DNA of 64,000 nucleotides, taken from the NCBI RefSeq assembly GCF_009914755.1, contig NC_060931.1, one strand, 5' to 3'. The position numbers were made by a program, and so were the translations under genes. Positions 41,790 to 52,396 of this stretch are shown piece by piece (within the stretch, counting starts at the first letter, position 1; every line of letters starts with the position of its first letter). The notes under the pieces were generated by a model that had not been told where the DNA came from, did no database searches, and saw only the letters and a list, made by a program, of their open reading frames with translations. The stretch is from the human T2T-CHM13v2.0 reference genome, Homo sapiens.

Positions 41790-43410
41790 AACCTGTTAGT
41801 ACCAGCATATTAGCAAGGTTAGCAAACAATCCTAAGCCCTCCAAATCTAGGGCTTTCTCACTCCCCTATCCCCGCAAAAAGATGGATTTCTTACTCACCT
41901 CACATGATAGCTGCAAATAACTGCTGGTCTGCTCCATGTATTTTCTCCATCATGGAATCCAGCCTGAAGGTGAAGCTCCTGTCTCCCACATTGCTGATCT
42001 GGTGGCAGAGGGAAAGGAGCAATTGAATAACAACGTGATTATGCTTTAAGTTGCTGCTCAGCAATGTCATAAGTTATTTCTACTAACACGTACATTGACC
42101 AAAGTCAGTCACCTGACTCAATGGGATGAACTTACAAACCACTCACAGAAACTAATACTGCAAATAACATGGCAATGAGAAGTAGGATATGGAAAGACCC
42201 AAGACATTTCTGGATTAGGTATTGTTCCCTGAAAGCAAAACATCTTCAGTTCTTTATTTGTCATGGATCTTGGAACTGACGTCTACAAAGACCTTCTTTT
42301 TCCATTCTCTTCCTCGGCCATATCTGAAGAGGTTATTAAAGGATATGCCCTTCTTGGTGGCTCAGATGGCTTTGCAGCCTATTTTCTGCCTGTAAAAGTT
42401 TGGATCTCCATATGGGGTTACAAGATAAAATATAGTGTTCACTGTTAAATTTGAATTTTGATAAACTACAAATAATATTTTAGCATAAGTATGTCCTAAA
42501 TATTGCATGAGATATAATTATACTAAAAATATTATTTGTTATTTATTTGAAATTCAAAGTTAATTAGGCATTCTGTATTTTTATTTATTACTCTGGACAC
42601 CTTAGTACTCAAAGGGAATTTCAAGTCTCAAATAATTATAGTCTGTTTAATTTAGAGTGCTGGCACAACTCTCTCAAAAGCATAGTAAGATTTTTATTTA
42701 TTTGATACCAGTTTCCAGTGCCAATGTACACACTTTTTCCCCCTAAAATAGGCCTTTCTCTCTAGTTTTAGCTGCCAGTCATTTAAACTTAGCAAGATTC
42801 TATGGGAAGGTCTTACTCTGAGTCTCCTTTTGAGTAATTTTGACCAATTGGAAAGATTGAATGGGTGCCACATTAGTTATTTCTGAGTTTTAATAATAGG
42901 CTTTAGCTTCCTTAACACCCAATTTGGTCTTTGTCTTGAGGCTGAGTGTTAACGAGCCTTTGTCACTAAAATTTCACAATGTTACGTTTTACTGACAGAA
43001 ATGTAAAGGAATTACACCTCTTGTCTCTGTTAGTAAACTGGCCAATTCTTTCTTTTCTCATCTTGTTCTTCAAGTACCTTATCAAATGCTGCCAACATTA
43101 CATGAGTAGCTTTCTGTTTTCCAACGTCTCCACGTACAGCTCAAGCTCATACAATACATTGCCTGTCTTCTAAGTAATTACAAGCAACAATGATATTAAA
43201 TGTTCCGCTTATACATATGCATAATGAGTTGTCTTGCATCCCATCAACAATAAATACCCTCTTAGACAACTACCCCGTTCAAAAGCCAATGGCACATATA
43301 TTGGTGTTCTGTTTCAGCAGAACACAGCTTACATGTTCCATTTTATTAATTAGTTAATTTTGCTAGGTTACACTGTACTCTGACAAAATCTTAGTGGCTT
43401 ACTACAACTA
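41790..43410 (-). mobile_element. Ancient MaLR provirus remnant (MLT1J/K-like LTR - internal - partial LTR)
   Basis: LTR text at 41790-42200 ('ggtggcagagggaaag...cattgaccaaagtcagtcac'); MLT-int-like 42600-43340 ending 'aagccaatggcacatat...gttcca'; second LTR end 'gctaggttac...aaatcttagtggcttactacaac'. Confidence 0.6.
42413..42604. mobile_element. MER53 palindromic hAT MITE
   Basis: 'ggggttacaagataaaata...gttaaatttgaattt...taagtatgtcctaaatattgcatg...gaaattcaaa...ctggacacc'. Confidence 0.9.
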
Positions 43411-43411
43411 A

Positions 43412-44270
43412 GGGTTGTCTTACTCCAGATCTCAGCAGAAAGGCTTTCAATTTTTCCCTGTTCAGTATGATGCTAACTGTGTGTTTGTCATCTATGGCCG
43501 TTGTTATTTTAAGGTATGCCCCTTCTATACCCAGTTTATTGAAGGGTTTTAATATAAAGGGAGGTTGAATTTTCTTGAATGCTTTTTCAGCATGTATTGA
43601 AATGATCATATGGATTTTGTTCTTGGTTCTGTTAACATGATGTATCATCTTCATTGATTTGTGTATGTTGGACTCATTGCACCCTTGTGATAAAGCCCAT
43701 TTGATCATGGTGAAAATCTGTTGTTGCATTCAGTTTGCTAGTATTTTGTGGAAGATTTTTGCATTTATATTTTTCAGTGATATTGGCTTATAGTTTTTGT
43801 CCTTGTTGTGTCCTTGTCTAGTTTTGATAAGTGAGTAATGTTGGCTTCATATAACAAGTTTGAAAGTATTTCCTGCTGTTCGATTTTGATTTTGAAGAAT
43901 TTGAATAAATTATTATTAGCTTTTCTTTAAATGCTTGGTAGAATTCAGCCATGAAACCATCGGGTCTTGAGCTTTTCTTTGGTGGGAGACTTGTTTTATG
44001 GCTTCAGTCCTTTACTTGCTATTGGTTTATTTAGGTTTTCTAGTTCTTCATGGTTCAATCTTGGTAGTTGCATGTATCCAGGAAATTAACCATTTCTTCT
44101 AGGCTTTCCAATTTGTTGACTTATAGTTGTTCATAATAGTCTCTAGCGATTCTTTGTGCTTTCAGCTGTTATGTCTCCTTTTTCATTTCTGATTTTATTG
44201 GGTCTTTTCACTTTTTTTCTTAGTCTAGCTAGAGATTCGTTGATTTTGTTTGTCTTTTCACAAAAAACAA
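43412..44270 (-). mobile_element. L1 (L1MA/L1PB-age) ORF2 RT-region fragment
   Basis: ORF 43391-43729 translates [19 protein letters not shown]...[11 protein letters not shown], an L1 reverse transcriptase segment. Confidence 0.92.
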
Positions 44271-45249
44271 TTATTAGGTGTTAGTAAAGCAACTTACTTG
44301 TATGGAGAAATTTTATGTCGGAGAATAACAAGAGCTATTATATGTGAAGGTAAATAATAAAAATTATTTAAAGATTTCTTGTAAATTTAGACTTTTTTCT
44401 GCAGAATACGTGGAGGCAAGTAGTGTCTTCATGAAACCAGGCTCTTAAGATACTGAAATAGTATCAACGTGTTGAGTATTAAAAAGTGACACAATTGAGT
44501 GGTACTATGCCACTTCAGTGTACTGAGGAAGTAAATGTTAACTTTGCAATTGCTATATACTGTAAAAAAAGAAAGAAAGAAAGAAAGAAGACAACTAGAA
44601 GATTATTATATAGTTGGCACGTGTCTTAAGTCCTACCTGAGATTAGAAAGTTTCATTGAATTTTTCTGGCTAAAAAAATTAAATTAAATCAATTATAAAA
44701 GTATTCTACTTACACTTGTCATTTTAGCATCAATGGAATTAGAAAAAAAAAGTACAGTGACTGAAAAAAATCTTGCAAAATAAAGCTAATATTTAAAAAA
44801 ATTTTGATTCCTTGAAACCTCCTCAAATTACGACTTTGTGCCACCTCATTGCGAGTCATTAATCAATGCACACTTAACCAAGAAAATAAACTAAAAATTA
44901 ATTTTGTGCATTGAAAAAAATCCAAATCGACTTGTCAGTAAGAGAACTAAACTCAATTCTAAATCGCATGTGTGAAAACAAAGAGAGGCATGAAATTTTA
45001 GGGTCTGTCACATTAGCTGAAGATGTCTTAACATGAATGTGCCACTGTTGTTAAATGAGAGCAGGAAAAGGAACTAGGAGTTTTCAAATATCAATGTCCA
45101 TTGCTTTTCAGAAACAGCATGTACAGACTGGGTTTACTTGTGCTATGTCCATCAAGATACTCAAGTTACTAGAATCTTACATTTTGGAGTCTCACTTATA
45201 GAAGGACCTTGCCCTGAAAGAAAGGTGAGGGGAAATAACTTCAGATTAA

Positions 45250-45350
45250 GGTGCAGGAGACCTGAGCTATAATTCCTGCTCTGCCACTTATCATGTCTAG
45301 GTCTTCTGGTAAGACTTAATTTACCTCTGTCTCAGTGTTCTCTGACAGGA
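45250..45350 (+). mobile_element. MIR fragment
   Basis: 'caggagacctgagctataattcctgctctgccactta...acttaatttacctctgtctcagt'. Confidence 0.7.
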
Positions 45351-45724
45351 GGGAGTTCGACTTAGTTCAAAAATCACAAAACAACGATGGAGATTTCACC
45401 ACTTTCTTCTTTTTACATTGGATTAAATAAACTATTATCTAAAGATTTGGGGTCTTCATATTTCACACAGAAATATATATTGAGTAGCAAAATCTTAAAA
45501 GAGTATTAAACATCTTCTAAAACATGACACTGTGAAATATCCCAGAGAAACTTTAATTATATGATTATCTAAATACTTGATGGTCTAGAGTCTCTATTAA
45601 ATTGATTAAATTTAATGATTAAATTTTAAATACCCTCAAATATTAGCCACACAACAAAAAGAGCACTTGAGTAGTTGTTTCCTACATTCAGCTCTGAAAT
45701 ATGCCAAATCTGTGTTTATAAACA

Positions 45725-45905
45725 CAGCATCACAGAAATGGACCTGCAGTTGAGGATATGAACTGGAAAGACCAAAATTTAACAGGTAATCCTAGCCTAA
45801 TTTGTTGAGTGCTCACTATGTTCTAGGCACTATTCACATTTCACATTAATTAACTTATTTAATTTTCTACAAACTTTCACATAGGGTATATTTGTGATTC
45901 TCATT
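45725..45905 (+). repeat. 181-bp dispersed direct duplication, derived copy
   Basis: Matches 48080-48260 with 2 substitutions. Confidence 0.97.
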
Positions 45906-47476
45906 AAGTCTGACAGGCACTGTTGATCTGAGTTAAGTCTCTAATTCTGGGCATCCAAGGCCTCTGTCCTCTCTTTCTTCATCTCTTATTGTTTTCAAGA
46001 TGAGATGAATTAAAATTCTTATTTGTTATGCATTTGGCATACCACCACTCTTCCTGCTCATCTGTGCTTATAAGATTTTACCCTGCTTGCATAAGTGTTC
46101 ATGAGCCCTCAATTTTGAACAGCTGTGAGGAAGGCTGGTTAACTATTTGTAAACACCACCCAATGATGCTTGACAGTGATGGCAGTCTTGCAGAATACTG
46201 AAGTGCTATTTTACTGGGAGTGATAATGAGACTGTCTTGTCCAGAGGTCTGGTTATTACACCAATACTAAACATTATCATTTAGTTGTCTGGTGTAAAAT
46301 AATGAATTAGTCCCATATATTTTATGAGGCTATATCCACATTTTTTTCATAACAGAAAAAAATGGTATATACAGCTATGAGTTTTATTGATATAATTCAA
46401 ATTTACACCATTACTGAGTTTTCTAATTATCTGCCTTGGTTAGCTTTCAGAACAAATACAGAATTTATATTGTGAATTACTCCTTCTTTTACTAAAAAAA
46501 AAGTCTTTTTATCGAGTTGTTGGCATGACGTGATTACTAACTAGTAGTTATATATATATATTTATATATATATAAAACTACTCATATATATGCATATATA
46601 TATACATATGAGATTATTTGAAGTAGAAAGTAGGTTTTCTAGGAAAAAATAAAAAATAAAACCAAAGAAAAATAGAGTTAATAACCTTTACAAGAGTAAT
46701 ATGATATTTAATTATATAAATGACATACTATTCATATGTTTTATGTCATACAGTATTAATGTATATTATACATAATAATACATTTTTCTAAAGACCCAAA
46801 TATTTTTCCTATATGGTCCATAAGCTTAGAAATAACAATTGCTTTTATTATATCAAATTACAAGCTAGCTCTAAGAAGTCACTCTTACTAATTAGGGTTG
46901 AATAACGAAGACAATTACAATTGAAAAAGGGCATGGCTTCTAATGAGAGATCAGTAAATAGTTGTTGAATAAATGTATAAAAAGTTATGAAAGCTTCCAC
47001 TTTTTTTCTAAGAGCATGTAGCTTGTTAAGTTGCAAAGATGCAAATGAAAGCTGTGTTTCTCATTGCAATTCAAGACCTGTGCTGCTCCCATTTTTATGC
47101 ATGTAGCTTTATATACCTAAATCTTTTTTTATGTTACTAATATCATTTTGTAGATTTCTATGTAAAGTTTGTGCACACTTTTCATAAAGTATGCACATTA
47201 CTAAAGTATTTATAAAGTTGTTGCTGATATGAATGAGACTTATTTTTCAATTTTATTCTCCAACTGGTTATGGTAGGAATGAAAATAATATCATTTATAT
47301 TAAATTCTCTTATTTATTCTAAAGTGTTTTGAGTACCTACTATGTGCAAGGAACTATGCTAGGAATTGGGATAAGTGGGAAAAATACAAAGAATCTGTCT
47401 TCAAGGAGCTTATGGCCTACATGGGCCAATAACCCTGTCTTGAGTGAGGGCAGAATGGAAGAATTGTAATTGAGAC

Positions 47477-47970
47477 TGTTGAGACAATTATCCTGTGGCA
47501 TTCTTGCACCTCTCTATATCTCGATAGCAGAGGTACTGACTGCCTTTGTCCCAACTATCTTTTCAATGATATTTGTACAGTGAATAGACTTGGAAGATAT
47601 AGTATCTCAGTCCAGAGCGAAGACAGGCTTGCTTATAGTCTTAGAAGTATAACCTCTCTCTTGGCAGCAAAAGGTAGACATGCTTATTATTCATTATAAA
47701 AGTTGGGCTCCCTAAGCTCAAGGTTTCTCTCCTGAAATGCAACAGGTATGCAGGTGTCACTTTAACCCTCTTGGCATCACCCTATGGGAACAGAGGGTCA
47801 GAGAATCAGAGAAAATACTAAAACTCTGCTACTGCTATTGCCATGATTAATAAATTTTTTTCCCTGACCCAGGAATGTCCCATCTTCTGCCAGCATCTAT
47901 AAAACTATTGAAGCCTAACTTGTTAGCTTGCAAGTAGAGTAAACTATCAAACTTTTTAAAGTTTTTGACA
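47477..47970 (+). mobile_element. ERVL solo LTR (LTR40-like)
   Basis: TG...CA; 'tataaaagttgggctccctaagctcaagg', 'aataaa', 'ctaacttgttagcttgcaagtag'. Confidence 0.82.
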
Positions 47971-48079
47971 TGGATCTAAAGTCAAAGTAGGACATAACCA
48001 AGCCAAAGCAGGCCAGGGGTAAGGACTTCATAAAGAGCATTGTAAAAAAAGGCCATCACATTTATTGGCCTGGTTTGTT

Positions 48080-48260
48080 CAGCATCACAGAAATGGAACT
48101 GCAGTTGAGGATATGAACTGGAAAGACCAAAATTTAACAGGTAATCCTAGCCTAATTTGTTGAGTGCTCACTATGTTCTAGGCACTATTCACATTTCACA
48201 TTAATTAACTTATTTAATTTTCTACAAACTTTCACATAGGATATATTTGTGATTCTCATT
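48080..48260 (+). repeat. 181-bp dispersed direct duplication, probable source copy
   Basis: Matches 45725-45905; continues into the rest of a MIR. Confidence 0.97.
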
Positions 48261-48385
48261 TTATACCCGAAGAAACAAAGGCAAAGAAAAGATAAGTTAC
48301 TTGTCCACAGTCACATATTTAGTTAGAAGTAGAATCAGAATTCAAACTCAAGATGCATGACTCTAGAGTCCCTGGCTCTTGACCT
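48155..48385 (-). mobile_element. MIR
   Basis: 'ttgagtgctcactatgttctaggcact...ctcattttatac...gaaacaaaggca...aagttacttgtccacagtcaca...gaattcaaactcaag'. Confidence 0.85.
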
Positions 48386-48482
48386 TAGACTTTATATCTC
48401 AAGATGGACTTGAATCGAGGCCATATCATAAAAGTCTTGTAAAGCACACTTAGGACGATAGACTTCATGCTAGGAAAATGTG

Positions 48483-48890
48483 TGCTATAATTTGGATGTT
48501 TGCCCCTCCAAATCTCATGTTGCAATTTGATCCCCAGCGTTGGAGGTGGAGACGTAAAGGGGAGTGTTTGGATCATGGGGGTGGATCCCTCATGAATGGC
48601 TTGGTGAGTTCTTGCTCTATTAGTTCCGACAAGAGCTGATTATGAAAAAGAGCCTGGCACATCCCCACTGTCTCTCTCTTGCTTCCTCTCTCTCCATATG
48701 ATTTCTGCACAGGTCTGCTTCCCTTTGCCTTCCACAATCAGTGGAAGCAGCCTGAAGCCTTCACTAGAAGCAGATGCTGGTGCCATGCTTCTTGTTCAGC
48801 CTGCAAAACAATGAGCCAAATAAATCTCCTTTCTTTATGTATTACCCAGCCTCAGGTCTTCCTTTATAGCAACACAAATGTACAAAGACA
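48483..48890 (+). mobile_element. MSTB-like MaLR LTR, inserted in an antisense L2
   Basis: 'tgctataatttggatgtttgcccctccaaatctcatgttg...ggatccctcatgaatggcttgg...cctttatagcaacacaaatg..caaagaca'. Confidence 0.92.
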
Positions 48891-49585
48891 ATAGGTAACC
48901 ACCAAGAGGCAGGGAAATGACCTGACAGTGGTAAACTTTGTACTCTGGAAAAGGACAAATATCAGAGGCAGTGTAGAAGCTGCTGCAGTAGTCTAGGTTA
49001 CAGACAATGATCACAAGAAGTTAAAAAGACAATTTGGGATCCCTTTTATAAGCTTTTTTTTTTTTTTTTTTTAAATCTGTAGCACCAAGAACAATGTATA
49101 GTAGCAATATGTACTCAGCTGATACATTTCAAATCAATAAATTAATCTGGTCACCATCTTAAAACCTCTAATTCTAATAATATGAGTGTGCATTTGGTAA
49201 AATGTATACAAATGTGTAAGCATATGTGCACAAGTATGTTTGTAAAAATTTTAAGACGCAAGTAATGGCAAAACTGAAAGACATTTCATTCAATTTTCTC
49301 TGATGTTGAGCTTTGCAGTTGGCATAATGCTAAACCCCCTTAACTTGAAATCTCATGAAATGCTGTTTTATAAGCAGTGATGTTGGTCCTTGGATATAAC
49401 CACATGTCCTGCTGCAGCCTGGATCTTGCATCAGGCAATTCCACAACTTGAACTGGGTAATTTTTGTCAAACCATGGTTAGTTAACTTGGGCCTTTTTCT
49501 TAAACTGGAGCTTGCATTGGCAATCTAGATTTCCTGTTTTTTTGCAGCCATAACATGCAACGGTGAAAGAAGCAAAAGTCTGGTC

Positions 49586-49665
49586 AGAGGAAAAACCAAA
49601 AGTCCGGTCAGACTCTTTAAGAGTAATAGGACTCTAAGTTCTGACCAGATTTTGGTTTTTCCTCT
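49586..49665. repeat. ~80-bp imperfect inverted repeat
   Basis: agaggaaaaaccaaaagtccggtcaga ... tctgaccagattttggtttttcctct. Confidence 0.9.
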
Positions 49666-50165
49666 TATGAAATACAACTAAATAAAAAGTTTTCTTAGAT
49701 TAAGATAAGACATCAAGTTTCTGATTTACAGCAGATAGAACCTCAGAGAAAAGGATGCTTCACATGACACTGGACTGCATTTGCATTACACTGATTATTT
49801 TGAGAGAACTGAAATAAAAATGATGTATTTAATCAATTAAAATTTTATTTTAATTAATTTTAATTTAGTTAGATAATTTCATTTAATTGATACATTCAAT
49901 TAATATATAATTTAATTAATATTTTTACTTAATTAAAATGTAATTATTTTAAAATATGTAACATATTTCTGTATCACTAGCCTCTTAGAGAAGGCCATAT
50001 TTTACACATATGTGAAAAGTTCTTTGAAGGAGAAATTCAATATCATTATCCATATTATTTATGTGTTTTGGGAAGGGTCAGGACAAGGCACTAGGGTTGA
50101 CATCATTATCCATTGCGGTGGTCACTTGACTTTCCTTATTTAATTTTATTTAAATTAAAAATATT

Positions 50166-50475
50166 GGTTGGATGCAGTGGCTCACACCTGTGATCCCAAC
50201 ACTTTGAGATGCCAAAGGGGGCAGATGGCTTTGAGCTCAGGAGTTCAAGACCAGCCTGGGCAACATGGTGAAACCCTGTCTCTAAAAAAAACACAAATAT
50301 TAGTCAGACATGGTGGCTCATGCCTGTGGTCCCAGCTACTCAGGAGTCTGAGGTCAGAGGATCCCTTGAACCTGGGAAGCAGAGGTTGCAGTGAGCCAAG
50401 ATTGTGCCACTGCACTCCAGCCCGGGTGACAGAGTAAGACTCTGTCAAAAATAAAATAAAATAAAATAAATAAAA
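50166..50475 (+). mobile_element. AluJ (Jb-like)
   Basis: 'ttgagctcaggagttcaagaccagcctgggcaacatgg', 'gaggatcccttgaacc'; (AAAAT)n tail. Confidence 0.93.
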
Positions 50476-50859
50476 TGGAATAATCTTTGAATTCTAACCT
50501 AGACTCTTACCAGGTGGAAAAACTTATCTGGAATGAAAATAAAATTAACTGAGAATTACCTCTGTGTTAGGCATTATCCTCGGCATTGTTGATTATTTCA
50601 CTATACCTGAAAAATATTACAAGTCAGGCATTTTTTTCCTCAGTATTATTTTAAGGTGGAATTTAGAAAGAAATGACAACTAATAAGTCAAAAAAACTGA
50701 ATGTTGGCAATAAGTTCATATGACTCCATTGAACAAAATTGTTCATTCTGTTTGAAGTTATACATTAATCAATTTTTAAATTATAATGCCTTTTATATTT
50801 TTGCCTTTACAATAAGTAATATTCTAGTTTTCTTTATTATATTTTTGTCAAACAAAATC

Positions 50860-51800
50860 AAAAAGTAAAATTTTAAAAATGAGAATACTTTGTTTGATTC
50901 TATGTAAATAAATATGACAACCTAAAGAAAATATGCAACTTTTTAGAGTAAATTAATTACAAAAATGAAGAAAACATTGAAAACTAAACAAAAAAATCAT
51001 ATATAAAATTAATAAACATGGCAGAGTAACACTCGGATAGTGAGGTAATGAAGGTTTTAAGTTAAATGTTTAAACCTTCAGAACTTAAACCAACCAGTTG
51101 TGCTAATTCTATTTACATTATTAAAGAGAACTAAGAAATTCAATGCTTGCCAACATCTTTTATAAAAGCAGTAGAACATTGATACCAATACCTGCCAAAG
51201 GCAGGTTGACAAAAAAATCTTTCAAGCTAATTTTTGTATGTTAATACACAATCCAAAATAAAATTATATTTTAATGAACTATTAGAATAATCTACTAATA
51301 TTTGAAAATAATATACCCTATAAACAGTTTATAAGTGGAATGCAAAGATGGTTCAATATTAGAAATTTAATGTAATTAGTTATGTCAATAAGTTAAAGTG
51401 AAAAATATGTATTTTTCATAATATAGTATTAGTTAAGATAAAAGTTAAACTGCAAGACTTTAAAGTAACACCAGACTAGGATGCAAGATGAACAAATTAG
51501 TTAAAATAGTGTGCACTGAAAACAAAAATATTCCACGTGTTACTGATTTTGAAAAATTTCAAAGTACTAGAGAACAGAAATAAAAATACATCTTGAATAA
51601 CTATGACCTTTCGTCTAGAAAAGATTGATAACATAAGAGGCTTTTGTTTTTGTTTTGTTTTATCCATAAATAATTTGTTATGACACATTATCTTGAGGAA
51701 TTACAGAAACATTAGCATAAAAGAGTTTAAGTCTACAAATTAAAAAATTAAATTCTACAAGTTATTTTCCATGTATGTCTTAGAAGAACTGCACAAAGGA
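50860..51800 (+). mobile_element. Decayed L1ME-type ORF2 fragment
   Basis: A-rich; 'ggaatgcaaagatggttcaatattagaaa' corresponds to L1 RT GMQGWFNIRK. Confidence 0.6.
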
Positions 51801-51865
51801 GTACCAGATTTATTTAATAAGTAAATAGAAATAAGCCAATATAAATTCTAGAAAGAATATTATAG

Positions 51866-52195
<330 letters not shown>

Positions 52196-52276
52196 AACAT
52201 TTATATATTTTTACCTGACACTCTTTCTCTTAAAAAGAGAGACAGAGAGAGAAAGGAAGAAGGAAAGAAAATCTCA

Positions 52277-52396
52277 CTTCCAACCCTGATTCATATGAAA
52301 AATGACTCCATACTTATACTATCCCATTTTTTCCCCTTCCAACCCTGATTCATATGAAGCATGACTCCATATTTATACTACCCCATTTTTCCCCTT
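52277..52396. repeat. ~59-bp tandem duplication
   Basis: cttccaaccctgattcatatgaa..atgactccata.ttatacta.cccattttt at 52277 and 52336. Confidence 0.94.

Noticed and set aside
49825-49960. Very AT-rich quasi-palindromic tract
   Set aside because: Low-complexity sequence in which self-complementarity is expected by composition.
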